Shown: piece after piece, positions 1 through 11,883 of the stretch
Layout: each line of letters begins with the position of its first letter
How positions within the stretch are numbered: position 1 is the stretch's first letter
Assembly (NCBI GenBank): GCA_036172245.1
Contig: JAYWIR010000001.1
Location: forward strand, 5,518,001-5,582,000
Length of the DNA: 64,000 nucleotides
From: Raillietiella orientalis
Lineage: Eukaryota
Direction: 5' to 3'
Notes under the pieces: generated by a model
Told to the model about the DNA's origin: nothing
The model's database searches: none
What the model saw: the letters and a program-made list of their open reading frames with translations, nothing else
Position numbers and translations under genes: made by a program

Positions 1-484
1 CTTCGCGCTCCAGGCTGCTAGGAAGGCGGCCGAGAGAGCCCGGCCAAGCCCTCTAGCGACGAAGCGGATCGGAGATACAGTTTCTGGGTAGCTGTTGCCC
101 TCCTTTCTTTGCCGCACTTCTAGAGCGGTCGCTGCGTTCCCACAAAGGCAGGAAGAAACATTCGAGGACGACGGCGCTAGCTGGTTCCGGAGAAGCAGAT
201 CCGGCTGCCGAATTCTCTCGAGACGACCCCGGGTGTTAGGCCGGTTAGCTTCTGTCTTCCTTGCGCCACTTATCCGATTCGGTGGACTGGACGGTCCAGG
301 GGGGACAGACAAGCCACTGACGTCTCCATCTGCTCTTTGAAATCGGAGAAGAACCTTTTCTCGAACATTCCAGCGCGCAAAACATTCCAGATAACATTTC
401 GAAAGGAAGCTCACCCTCCGCGAAGGTGAGTCGCACCTGGAGGTATGCGGAGGAGATCTCCGAGACTGCAGCCACCTCACACTC

Positions 485-1155
485 GCGTCGTTGGCGGCCG
501 TGCTGGCTGAGGCGCGGTCCGAACAGGCGGCACCGAGCATTGCGGGTTCGAATCCATCCTGGGAAGGATCGACGCCGAGGAATGGGAGGACAACGCTGGT
601 TGGCCTGAAGGCTTCGATTCGGCACTAGTGGAAGCCGGAAATCCTCCAGATGGCATCATTGACTGACCGGGATTGCAAGTAGACCGTCTAGAGTCCCTCC
701 AGGAACCAAGGAGCCGGTTGGTTCCCTTAGGATTCCCCTCCGGTTGTCAAAATGGAACCGTCCCGTTCCCCTCGGAGGGAGACCTTCCATCGCGCATCAT
801 GAGCTGGTTGATAACCCCCTTGGGGGGTCGGTTGCCTCTCCAGAGTGTTTCAGAAGGATGCCGCTTCGTTCGGGGAGAGACCCTTTAGAGAAATTGGGAA
901 ACATCCCTTCGGGCCTCTCTTCAGAGGAGGAAACAAGGAGCAATTCCCTTGGGGGTGGCCTCAGGAGAGAAATTCCAGGGGCTGATCTTTTCCCGGTTCC
1001 CTTCGGAGGAGAAACAACGAGCGGCCCCCTCATGGGGTCCCTCCGGAGAGAACAAGGGAGAAGTTCCCTCTGCGGTTCCCTACCAAAAACAAGAGGGACG
1101 GACTCCTTCATCCGGAGCCTTCCTGGATTCATAGGGTGCTCCCTAGCATCCTCAG
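485..1155 (+). mobile_element. tRNA-headed SINE, copy 1 (3' truncated)
   Basis: A-box-like TGGCTGAGGCG (504-514) and B-box GGTTCGAATCC (545-555). The body aligns by eye with copies at 2200-2970, 5374-6085, 29150-29545 and 45540-46265 (e.g. GTTGGCCTGAAG, CCCTCCGGTTGTxAAAATGGA, CCxGGATTCATAGGGTG). Confidence 0.85.
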
Positions 1156-2199
1156 GAATTTTTTCCTCTTCTTTGTTTTCTGACGGGGAGGAGGAGGAGA
1201 AGATACTCGTTGATAGCGTGGTCCCTTTTTGCGATCGCGACCACCATCTCGGGTGAGCTGATGCGGGACGGAATTCCAGATTGGTTCCTTGCCTTCCACT
1301 TTTCACTTGCAGGGATGAGGCGCCGCAGGCTGTTCGCTTCCGGTCGCCCCATTTCGCCGCCTTCGATCTTCCAGAGCGCTTTCCCTTTTTCTGCCTCGAG
1401 CGCCCGCGTCGTGCAGGCGCGGTTTCGAGACCCGAAAGCGAGCTCCTGGTCGCTCCCGTTTCCGGTCTTGGAAAGCTACGTTTCCGGTCGGAGCAGGCTG
1501 ATCCCGGACGCGTGGAGGAGGGAGGGGGGGTGGAGGGGGAAGGGAGGAATCTCCTCGGAGCTAACCGGAGCGGAACGTGAGTCCCCCATCGTTTCCAGCT
1601 CCTCCTCGTCCCTTTCGGTGCTTCTTTTCCAGCTTTCCTCCATCTTGATGATCCAATTTTTTCTCTTCCAGATGTTCTTCCCCCGAAAGTGGTCCCCTTC
1701 GGATTCCGTGACCACTTCCTCCTGGTTAGATGACGCGCAATCACGGAGCCGGATCGGAATTTCCTTCGCGCTCGCGAGGATGCAACAGAGCAGATCGGCT
1801 CTCGTTAGCATGCAAAGTGCAGCCACCGAGAAACGTCAACATCCGAGATGGGGTGACGGCGCTCACAATCCCCGTTATTCTTCTCCTTTCGTTCAGGTCT
1901 CCCGATTTCGGGATGCTTCGAGGGGGACGGCGTAATCCCAGCAGTTCCGCTTCCTTGTTCTTGCTTTCCGCACATCTTCAGCGACCCGGAACCCCCGGTT
2001 GCCCCTGAGAAGCTCTGAAGGGGCGAGGCGAGGAGGCCGCGGCACTTTGATCCCCTGATCTGCCTCTTTTTTTCCTCCTTGATGTCCATCCGCTTGGCAC
2101 ACACTTCTTCCTGTTGATCAAACAACGCACTGTTTTCCGCAGGAGCACCTCTTGCAGCACGGCTGCCTCTCCCGGAAGCCAAAAGCCAGTTTCATTTCC

Positions 2200-2970
2200 A
2201 CCCGCGTTGGCGGCACCGAGCGTTGCGTGGGTTCGATTCCCTTCCGGCGAAGGATCAACGTCGAGAAATGGGGTGATCCCCCCCCCCCCCCCCCAGCAGG
2301 ACGACGCTAGTTGGCCTGAAGTCTTCTGGTGCGGCACTGATAGGAGCCGGAACATCCCCCTGTATGCACCCGTCGGCTGGCCGGGATCTGAACTGGATCC
2401 TCTGGGGTTCTTCCGGGAATCAGAAAGGCGGTTGGTTCCCTCCGGTTGTGAAAATGGAACCGCCCTTCCCCTTCGGAGGGAGACCCTCCATCGCTCACTA
2501 TGAAGCTGGTTAACACTTCCCTTGAGGGGGCGGTTGCCTCTCCAGAGTGCCACAGAAGAGTGTCACTCCGAGGATCGCCCTCCAGAGAAATCGGGAAGCC
2601 TCCCTTCAGGGTTCTCTTCAGAGCGAGAAGATCAGAGCGATTCCCTTGCGGGTGGCCACGGGAGAAGAAATTCAGAAGCGACCCCCTCCGGAAGGTCTTC
2701 CCAGAGAGAATAAAGGAGAGGTTCCCTCTGAAGACAACCAGGGTGGAGGGTTCCCTTCGGGGTTCCCCTCCCCAGGCGTGAGAGGAACGGTCTCCTTCCT
2801 CCGGAGCCTTTCCAGGATTCATAGGGTGGTCCTCTCGCTGGATACCCCTATAACTTGAAGAGTCACGCGCACCCTCGGGTGGGTGGACGGTATTTGAAGA
2901 GTTTCGTGCTTACCCCCTTCCAAGGAAGCGAACGGCTCTTCAACACTCCTTGAAGACCAAAAAAATAAAA
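2200..2970 (+). mobile_element. tRNA-headed SINE, copy 2 (A box deleted, 3' end intact)
   Basis: B-box GGTTCGATTCC (~2230-2240). Colinear with copy 1. Conserved 3' block AACTTGAAGAGTCACGCGCACCCTCGGGTG, then an A-rich tail at ~2959-2970. Confidence 0.85.
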
Positions 2971-5373
2971 CAGAGGAACCCCAAAAGGATTTCCACCGTC
3001 GCTTCCTTCCGCTGCTGATGGAAAGTCCGTCAGCGGCGTTCTTCTCTCATGGAAGGATGGTTGAAGTGATTTGACTAGGATTCAAATGGGATATTTCCGG
3101 TGGAAGCCTCAAGGCGTCTTTACCGCGATCATTTCTCAGCTTCCTTCTTGAGGAGATTCGATCTGCCCCCGATGATGCGACATTCCCGTCTGCTCTTTCT
3201 CTGCTCGACACCGCAAGAGTTCCGCTATCTCTTCGCTTCCTGGTGCAGCCATCGCCCTGCCTCCGCTTTGTCCTGGCCAAGAGCAACCCCGCGCTGCCGT
3301 TCCAGCGCGGTCTCGGGACTCCTTTCTGCCGTCGCCTCGGCATGGCTTCCGGTTCTTCCCGCCCCCCGTGATCTGACTCCTCGAGCACGACTGGAACGTT
3401 CCGCACCATGAGGCCCCTGCAGGTGGAATCTATCGCCCTAGGGCTCGACTTCGTCATGGTCGCCTCGAGGTTGCCCGAAGACCCACGCATGCGCGGCGCC
3501 CTTCTGCTAGAAGCCCACCGGGGTTGAAAACTCCGAAGGTCCCGACCCTTCCCAGCTAACTCCAGGAGGTAATTATGGGCTGGAGCTTCCAGGTGCAGCC
3601 CCGGATGACGCAGGCGTTCCCGGAGATGGAGAACCAGTTCTGCAGTGGACCTAGGAGAAAGGTCCAGAGCCTTCCCCCCCACGCTCCATGTGAGAGACAG
3701 TCCAGGGACAGCGAGGGTTCACAGAGTCTAAGTGGCCCTTCCTTACCTCATAGGACGAAGCAACTCTCAGGTCACCAGTAACAGTCGCTACCATCCTCCC
3801 TCTGGGGAAGCCGCTGTCCGTCGACGCACCGAGGCGGAGGAGCCCCTGGTGCGGAGCTCTCTCCAGACGGCTTTCACGCTGCTCCAGGACGCGCCCCGAA
3901 GGATAGCGAGGAACGATCAAAAAACCCCTCCGTCCCACATTTGTCCTGACAAGGAGGAGGTGCAGGTGACTCGACCCATTGCTTTGTGTCCACTTCCGCG
4001 GCTCTATCAACGCCGAGTGTCATGAGCGCTCCTGGAACGCCGCGACGGCTCCGTGAACCCTGACGGTTCCCGAGATCGCCAACTCCATCCATTCGACCAG
4101 AACGCGACTTTCTGCGCACAAACGCACCATGCTACGAACATGTTGCGATCCCACGGTGCAGAGAGATAGCGCAGTCAGCATCCGCCCTCACCAGTCCGCG
4201 ACGAAGACCTCCGCTCTCACTCGAACCTCAGGAACGCGGTTGACTCTCGGAGAGGAAGGTTCCACCATGACCTTCTAGAGAACGTCTTCCCTCCAGTCCT
4301 AGTTGCATTAAGTTACTCCCCGCTCGACCCATCCCCCAAGATTCTGATCCCTCAGGCTCCTGCTGCTGAGTCACCAAAAATTCGACTGAACGAGGGACCG
4401 GTTGCTTTTCCGACCGGCGCTTGCTGGCAGAAGCTCCTTGTGGGGGGTAGACCTGGAAGGATTCCGTCCCTCCTACGAGATGATCGGAAGCTGTAGTAGG
4501 AACGGCCTTGCAGCTTTGAAACGGCTCCCCGTCTCGACTCTTGAGATCTTCGAGAAACAGCAAGCGGCCAATCTTTACTGCTGAGAATCCAGCGTCCTCG
4601 TCTACCGTACTTCGCGGGAGTAAACCGCGGCTTCGTACAACCGCTTTCATCAAAGCAGTAGGCCAGTAGGGAGGCACCGCATGCACCCCTTGAGATCACT
4701 TCGAAGAGTCACGTCACTCGGGGATGAGATGTGGGACTTCAGGAAAATGTTCCGGGATGGAAATTCCGTTCGGAAGTCGATCAGGGAAGCCGCTTCAAGA
4801 TCCGCACCCCTTCCCAAAGGAGGAGATGATGAGAGGCTGGGTACATCTCTCGGAGCTTCCTTGCAGCCTCGATCGAGATGATCGGGGAAGTTCCCGAGCC
4901 TCCTGTCCCGTTTTCCTGCAAAAGAAATCAATCTAGTCGGTCAAAACTCAATGCTTACCACCAATGAAATTTTATCTGCTTTTTCATTAAAGAATTCATT
5001 AAGATTTTTTGATAGTTCTTGAAACGGATTTTTTCATTTTCCTCTAATACAAACGACTTGATGGTTACTATATGCACTTGTCCGCAAAGTCTTTCCGTTC
5101 CTCCCATTTTTTCGATTATTCTAGCACCAGGTCCCGAAAGCGCCGGAGTGCAGCAGCTCCTCTGGTCTGTAGGTGACCACAGCAACAAAGGACCTACGAT
5201 GATAGAGAAGCTAATCGTCTCGAGGTCCGGAACCTGCTCTTTGTGCAGTGATGGGCGCCGCTTCCTGAAAACGAAAATTAAGGAAGCGTTGGTACGGAAG
5301 AGGGTCTTCATTTTGGGGGGAAGGATGAAGGAAATCCTTTTGGATTCCTCTATTTTCAATGCTTCCCTGCCAG

Positions 5374-6085
5374 TTTTTTTTTTTTTTTTTTTTCACGGAG
5401 GTGTAGGTGAGGGGCTCCGCTAAGTGTTGAAGAACCATTCGCCCCCTCAAGGATGGAGTCACAAAGCTCTTCAGCACTGTCCACTCCATCACCGAGGGTG
5501 CGTGTGACTCTTCAAGTTAGGGGGTAATTCCAAAGGGACCACCTTATGAATCCAGGAAGGCTTCAGAGAAAAGGGCTCCGCTCCTCCGCTACCCTTGGAA
5601 AGGAACCTTAAAGGGAACCTCTTCCTTATCTTCTCCGAAGGACCCCCCCAAGGAGGCCACTCTTCGTTTCTTCTCCGAAGGGAACCGGGAAAGGATCCGT
5701 TCCTGGTTTCCTCTCTGAAGAGAACCCCGAAGGGACGCTTCCAATTTCTCTGGAGAGGCGACCTCCTGAGGGAGTACCGACCTGATCCATAGTGCGCGAT
5801 GGGGAGTCCTCCCTCGAGGGGAAGTAAACGCTCCATTTTCACAACCGGAGGGGAACCCGAAGGGAGCCAACCGGCTCCTTGGTTCCTGGAGGGACCCTGG
5901 ACGGTCTACTTCCAATCCTGGTCAGTCAGTAGGGTCATCCGGGTGGTTTCCAGCTTCCACCAGTGCTACACCCGAAGCCTTCAGGCCAACTGACGTCGTA
6001 CTGCGGGGATTTCTCGGCGTCGACACTTCCCCGGGCAGGATTCGAACCCATGACGCCTGGCGCCACGCGCGGCCGCAAACGCAGG
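5374..6085 (-). mobile_element. tRNA-headed SINE, copy 3 (near full length, with poly(A) tail)
   Basis: Plus-strand GGATTCGAACCC (~6038-6049) is the B box on the minus strand. The body is the reverse complement of copies 1 and 2. The T run at 5374-5393 is the tail. Confidence 0.85.
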
Positions 6086-7100
6086 CATCCCTCGATACCT
6101 TCCCCGCGAGGCGATGACCACCTCCAGCGGTCTTCGGGCTCGCCACTTGCTGAAAACCAGCCACTCGCTCCCTCGTCGCTTCGATCCTTGCTTTCCCGCT
6201 TCCGGAAATCTCTGGGAATTGGTTGACGAAAGAGCCTTGGGAGGTAAATGGATGGCAACGAATTCCAGGGATTTCTTTTCCTTGCCGCAAATTCTCTTTC
6301 GCCTGCTTTTTTTTTCTTTTCCCCTCTTCCATCCGGAGATTGAGACGAGGGCGGCTCTGGAATCCCAAATCCGGACCGAAGGAGCGGGGGATGGGCGGAC
6401 GAGGGGTGGGAGGGCTGATCTTTGTGCATCAACACGTACCCAGGGATGGAGGCGGCAGCACTGACGCAAGGCTTCTCGGCACAGAGACAAATCGTCGAAC
6501 GGATGGTACGAGCGAAAGGGAGGGCGACGGACAACGGCGAAGCCAAGACTCCATTAATCAACCGGATGCCGTGGCTCATCCGGTCTCGCACAGTGGGAGC
6601 CGCCGCTCCGCCTGGCGGAGAACGCGAGCGGGCGCGCGCACCCTTCCTCTAATCCCCACCGCGCGCCCTCGCCTTGTTGGCAGTTTTCGCGAGAACGACA
6701 TCCCTGGTCCATGTCCCCGAGGGAATGAGGGACACAATCCCTCGTTTTCTAAGGAAACGCCTCATGCGCGCGCCTTTTTCCCTGCGAGCCAATTCCAGTC
6801 AAGCGGAGGCCGATCGCCGGCCTAAAGGGGGAGACTGCATGTGGTAGTGGCAGAAGCGTCGGGCGCGCTGGTCACTCGCGCGCACGCACCCATCCCGCTC
6901 GGGCGCGCTGGTCTGTGCAAAGGAGGCGGTGGCGGGTCGTGCTGGCTTCCTTCCCTAAATTGCTCGGGGGTGCGTTCCGTCTGGAGCAGCTCGGAACCCC
7001 CCTCTCTCTGCCTCTCTTTGCGTCTTTTCGCCGGAAGCGCCGGGGCGGCAGCGAGCCGCCGCCGCGCGCGGACGGACGTTCCTTCGAGGTGGACTGTGCT

Positions 7101-10100
7101 GCCACCCGGTCACCCTGGAGGCGTTTCTTGCTGCTACCAATAGACTTGCAGCTTTTGTTGTGATGGGGCGCGTAGCCCCACCACAGCGGATTCCGCAAAG
7201 AACCTGTGACGCTCACCTCGGCAGCGGAGAGGAGAAAACAAAAATAAAAATAAAGGATAAATAAAAATAAATAAGATTGCACTCTGGAGGGTCCTGGAAG
7301 GGATCACAGTTCGCTGGAGGGAGTCCTCTGCACCCTTCCCAGGATGCCGGCAAGGTGCGTCCAAACGGCGCCCAGGCATTTGGCGGCTATCCCGAGGAAT
7401 CGGACCGCAAGCCGGATGGCGTCCCTTTCGTCCCGGCTTCCGCGTTGCCACGATCCTGGGGTGCAGCGGAGAGCTGCTGGAGCTGCGGGATGGAGAAAGG
7501 GCATCCCGCCCGAAGAGATGCCGTAAAAACGTCCATGGGGTTGCCGTCGGGGGTTCCTGGAGTCTCAGCAAAGAGTTCCTAAAGGGCCAGACGGGCAGTA
7601 ACAGAGTCCACAACAGGAGCGAAAGAGATTCCCGTCCCCCTTATATGCGACAATCCGGACTCTCATTGCCCAGCGTCCAATGGCGTCGGTGAGGGTTGCG
7701 AGGGGGGGGAGGACTTTAGAGAGACTCCAGAAGTGCCGGCTCCTACCGTTTCAGGGGAGAGGGCGCTGCTGTCCTCGAACAACTGGAGAAGTGGGCGGTC
7801 GGTGCTCGAAATTCGGGCGGCATCCCTTCCGGAATTTCCTTCGTGGGGAAGAGGGGGGCAGGGACTGGAAACTCACGGCGCACCCCCTCCCCCTCCCATT
7901 CCTAGGCGCCGGCCCTTTCACGGGTGGGATGCGCCTTCCCGTCTCGCTGCTGCCACGTTGCCGCAATCAGTTGCGGGACGGAATGCGCACCTGTGTGGCG
8001 CGCATGCGACGGTGAGCAAGGAAACGCTCACGCGTCGGGTGGAGATGGTGATGAACGCTCACCCTGCAGTAGCTCAAATCGGTTTGAGCTTGATCAGTGG
8101 TCAGCAGTGAGCTGCCAGCTGATCGAGCAGGCGGCTCAAGGGAGCTCATGACTCCTCTCGAGGGTGCGGAACCTCGGTGCTCCTGTGGAGTCCGGAGGAG
8201 CTGTGAGGAGGCTTCGTCCGGGCGAGCACTGCGGAAGAGCGGGTGGGCGGTGACTGTAGGTCCAACAGGAAGCACTGGGCAGGCAGCAGCAGGGAACGTA
8301 GATCAGCCGGACGGGTCGCTGTCAAGACCACTCGAGGGTGGCGGTGGTACTGGGGACGAGTCAGTTGGCTGTGGTCACTCCCGACGGGCTCTCCAGGGTG
8401 AGGGGGGGAAGCGCATAGTTCCATGAAGGGAGGGGGGGGAGCGAGGCGGGGCTCTGAATAGCGTTCTCAGGGCATACCTGATCCTGACCGTGGTGAGATC
8501 GGGATGGCTGGATGAGGGCGGATTCCCTTTTGCATCGCCGCCACGTCCGGCAACGGATTCGCGATGAGCTTGGACTCTGACACGCCCGCTGGGCACTCGG
8601 CCTTCAGAGCTCCTTCTGGACTCCATAGAATGCGATGGAGCCGAAAGCGGCCCTGACCGCTGGAAGAGGAGGCACTGGGCTGCCCGGAAGACGCGGGTGG
8701 GTAGACGAATCGAGGCAGACGCTGGGCCGAAGGTGCCATTTGCCCACCAGCCGTCTGAGTCACAGAGGAACGTGCTGAAGCTGGAACAGGAAGGAGCATC
8801 AGCGGCGGTGTTCAGGAGAACGGATGGGGCTGTGGAGGGCTGTGGAAGAAATGGGTCATGATGGATGGGGGGTAGGGGCATGCTGGCTGTGGCAAGAAGC
8901 TGGTGGCCCTTGAATGGGGAGTTTGCGGTCGGATGAGGGACTTTTTGTCCGTCGGTCTGCCGAATCCGGAGCTCAAGCGCCAAAGGTCGCTGCTGCTCGC
9001 TCCTGGAGTTCCTGCCCCCTCTCCCTCTCCCCAGACGTCAGCACATTGCGTTTCGATTTCTGTGAAGCGTTCTCGACGCCCGAGAGCGGGAGTTCCAGAA
9101 ACGGAGAGCGCTTGCCTAGAGCTTCCTTGGAGGAGTCCGGCACGGGGGGTGCGCTCGCCTGCCTTCCAGTTCCAGACCCTCTCAAGTGCTGTTGGGGTGC
9201 AGGAAAGGAGGAACAGGGGGCGAGGGTGAAAGAGCTTCAGTGCACGGCGCTAGGAGGCACAGCAGATGCTGGCCCTGCGCGTGGAGAGGGCCATGCAGAG
9301 TTGGTGCCCGTGTCCTGTGGATCTCGGAAGTTTCTCTCTCAGGAGCGGCAGAGGACCAAAGAGTGAAGGAGCCGCTATCCTAACCACTCTTGATCGCATC
9401 CCCATCTTCTCCACGATCTTTTTAAGAACTTGGGGTGCATATTGTAGGGACGATCCTTCACCATGAAGGCGTTTTTGAAACCGCGCGCATCCCTACAAGA
9501 CGTGGGAAAGCAACAAAAGCAGACAAACGGCAGCAGCAGGAGTTCACCTGCACTCTTGCAGGTGAACTTTCCGCTCATGCATTTTCGGTGCGCACCAAGA
9601 GCCTGCAGCAGGGCTGCGCCTATGCCGCGGAGGCTCTCCGACTCCTCCCGGCGATGCCCCAGGGAAGGGAAGGAGGGAGGGCAACAGTTTGCTCGTCTCT
9701 TTTCTGATCTGAAGGAGCCTCCGGCTGCCTCACCACTGGCGCATCTCCCCTTCCGCCTGCAGAAGTGTAGGCGGCTGCAGCCAGAATGCAAGCAGAGCGC
9801 GGCCTCTTCCCGGATGAACCACGGACTGACGAGGAGTGCGCCGGCCGCTCCAGCCTCTTCCCGATGCTAGACCCCAAGCGCGTCCTTCGCAGCCATAGCT
9901 GCGGCGAGCCCTTCCCCGTGCTCCACTCAAAAAGCTCGGCGTTGGGATGCCTTAGGACAGCCCTTGCGCCAGCCTTACAGAGCCTCCGCTAGGCGCAGCC
10001 AACCCGCGTCAGCCAAGTTGCAGCAGTGGCCATCAGGCAAAGCGGGCAGTTTGCCTCCATTCCAAAAAAGCGGTCACCAAAGTCGCTGGTCATGGACGCG

Positions 10101-10540
10101 AGGACTGGCGCGAGGACTGCAGCTGGTGGTCCCTCCCTGGAGCTCTGAGCAGACCTCCCTGCACCGGGGCATCGGCATGCAGCAGATGCCGTTGCCGCAA
10201 GGCGGGAGCGGACCCATCTCGCACCTCCTGGCTGGCTTTGCGGGTCTTGCGTTCGCGTTGGGAGCGCCCACGGCAAAGGCTGCTCCGGTCGAAGGCGAAG
10301 AAAGGTTTTGGACCTTCGCCTTCGACCAGAGCAGCAGCAGTCGCAGCCATCTACTCTGCTACAGGTCACCCTGGCTGCTGGTGCCTGCCGAGAGAAGAAA
10401 GTCAGCTGCGGCCGGACAAGAGGAGAAGGCCGGACTCCTCTCGCCGCGGGGACTTCCAAGATGATCTCGTCTGGCTCCATCGACCGAGCGGGGCCGGCAC
10501 TGACGGTTCAGACGTGCCGACTCCCAGTGGCCTTTCTCTG
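7101..10540 (-). mobile_element. Decayed L1/Tx1-clade LINE: ORF2 relic plus 3' UTR and terminus
   Basis: RT relics GFKNAF and FLKKIVEKMG (9370-9490), LFTLA (~9230) and QCADV (~9040, degenerate YADD). Zinc-finger relic SPDCRI*GGRESL (~7620-7660). C-terminus homologous to 51600-51827. T-rich 3' UTR and family terminal motif at 7101-7130. Confidence 0.7.
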
Positions 10541-10599
10541 ACCGGTGTTCATTTCTTTTCGCTGTTCATTTGCTGTCCTCCCCCCCTCCTCTGCCATCC

Positions 10600-11400
10600 C
10601 CGACCTCTCCCCCCCGACCGGCTGCATGATGCACAAGAACCCCGCCCTCTATAAAATGCTTGCAGGGGTACTCGGGCCCTGCGGTGTGTGCTCTATTTTT
10701 TTGGTAAGGAAATACCCCGAATGTGACCTTCCAGTCCCAGATTGTCGGACAATGCGTCTAAAAAGGATGAAACCGGGACACTGAGGAAGGAGTCAGCACG
10801 CTCCAACTCGGAAAGGGAGGGATCAGACCCCACTGCGGACAGAACTGAGACAAGACCCGTGGGCAAGCATCCACCTGGATCGGCGCCGAGGGCATCGAGA
10901 AATTGATGTGCTTTTCCGATGCATTCTCATCTTCTTTAGCAGCAAGACGCATCTCGAAGTACGTGAGGGAGGATTCCTGCCATTTTTCGGAGGGTCCTGA
11001 AGCGCAACTGAGGGAGTTTTTCTGTAGGCAAAAAGGCAAACCCCCGCCGGCGCCGCTTCCAGCCCTCCTCGCTCGCGCCGTCTTCCTGGAGCTCCGACTC
11101 CCGCCCTCCGCCGGATGCCAGCTCCGAGATGCTAGCATCCGACGGAGGAGGGCAGAGCAAGCACTGCGTGAGCTGAAGGGCAGGGGACCCGGAGATGCCT
11201 GCCTTCTCAAATAGGAGCCAGCTGTCTGCTCGGAAAGGATCCGCGAGGGACGACTCCCTCCTGCAGCTGCGGCTCGGCAGGGAGCAGATCGTCAGCCCAC
11301 CGCAACCGATCGGGACGATGTTGCCGGAGGCACCTGCTTCGAGTCTGCAGTCCGGAAACCGGGTCCATCCTCCGAAACCGCAGTTGTGGCGCCATCCTCC
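10600..11400 (+). mobile_element. Possible LINE ORF1 relic
   Basis: Weak similarity to the Tx1-type ORF1 layout: ...AARRISKYVRE..., and degenerate knuckles QALRELKGRGPGDAC and SCSCGSAG. Confidence 0.35.
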
Positions 11401-11883
11401 GCAGCGTCCTCAGGGCAGCAGGTCCGGCGCCCGACCAGGTCCTCGAGGCGGAGGAAGGCGTTGTCGGTCGAGGAGATCGGGACCCGCGTAGGAAAAGGGC
11501 GCGGATTCGATCCGGGTGGCGAAGAGTCGAGCGGCCGAAGGGCAAAAGGGGGTGACGGAGGGGAGGATGCGCGTGGGAGGGGGGTGGGGAAGGGGAAGAA
11601 AAATCCCCAGCGTTTAGTGCGTGTGCGCGTGCAGGGGAGAGGCAACGTGGCTGCAGGAGGGAACGTTGCGGTTTAGCCGTTATCACCGGGATGACTACAG
11701 TGTGGACTCACGCTCGGGAAGCAAGGAGTCGCCTCCTCCACGCGTCCCGATGGGGGAGACTTTTCCCGCAGCTCTGTGGGGTGAGGTTCGAGTTCCCTGG
11801 TCGCCCGGACGACGACGAGCGAGCTGGTGGAAGCCGCCACCCCTCGCTCCTGGGCGAAGAGACTCCTTCGGCGGGCGACTTGC

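Larger units (their letters stand above)
1..4930 (-). mobile_element. Decayed L1/Tx1-clade non-LTR retrotransposon (ORF1, endonuclease, part of RT), interrupted by two SINEs and running off the window start
   Basis: Minus-strand motifs occur in canonical order. ORF1-like HAVPPYWPTALMKAVVRSRG...GFSAVKIGRL...VGGTESFQVYPPQ (4228-4686). APE C-terminus RAIDS...EESDHG...RWNGSAGLL (3250-3450). Linker APVSSEEI (~1560). RT-like ISSPEMVVAIAKRDHAINEYLLLL (1160-1260), continuing as VAAVSEISSAYLQVRLTF (~420-480, degenerate LDxxKAYDRV). Many frameshifts. Confidence 0.75.

Noticed and set aside
2335-2355. CTGATAGGA...GGAAC in the SINE as a hammerhead core
   Set aside because: The CUGANGA and GAAA core is not conserved in the other copies, and the required helices are missing.
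4701-4722. TCGAAGAGTCACGT match to the SINE 3' conserved block
   Set aside because: Only ~14 nt with no flanking similarity, inside LINE ORF1. Likely chance.
4955-5100. AT-rich segment ending at a GTAAGC donor-like site as a host exon
   Set aside because: No acceptor or partner exon found. One frame (ELSKNLNEFFNEKADKI) looks more like a LINE linker fragment. Too weak to call either way.
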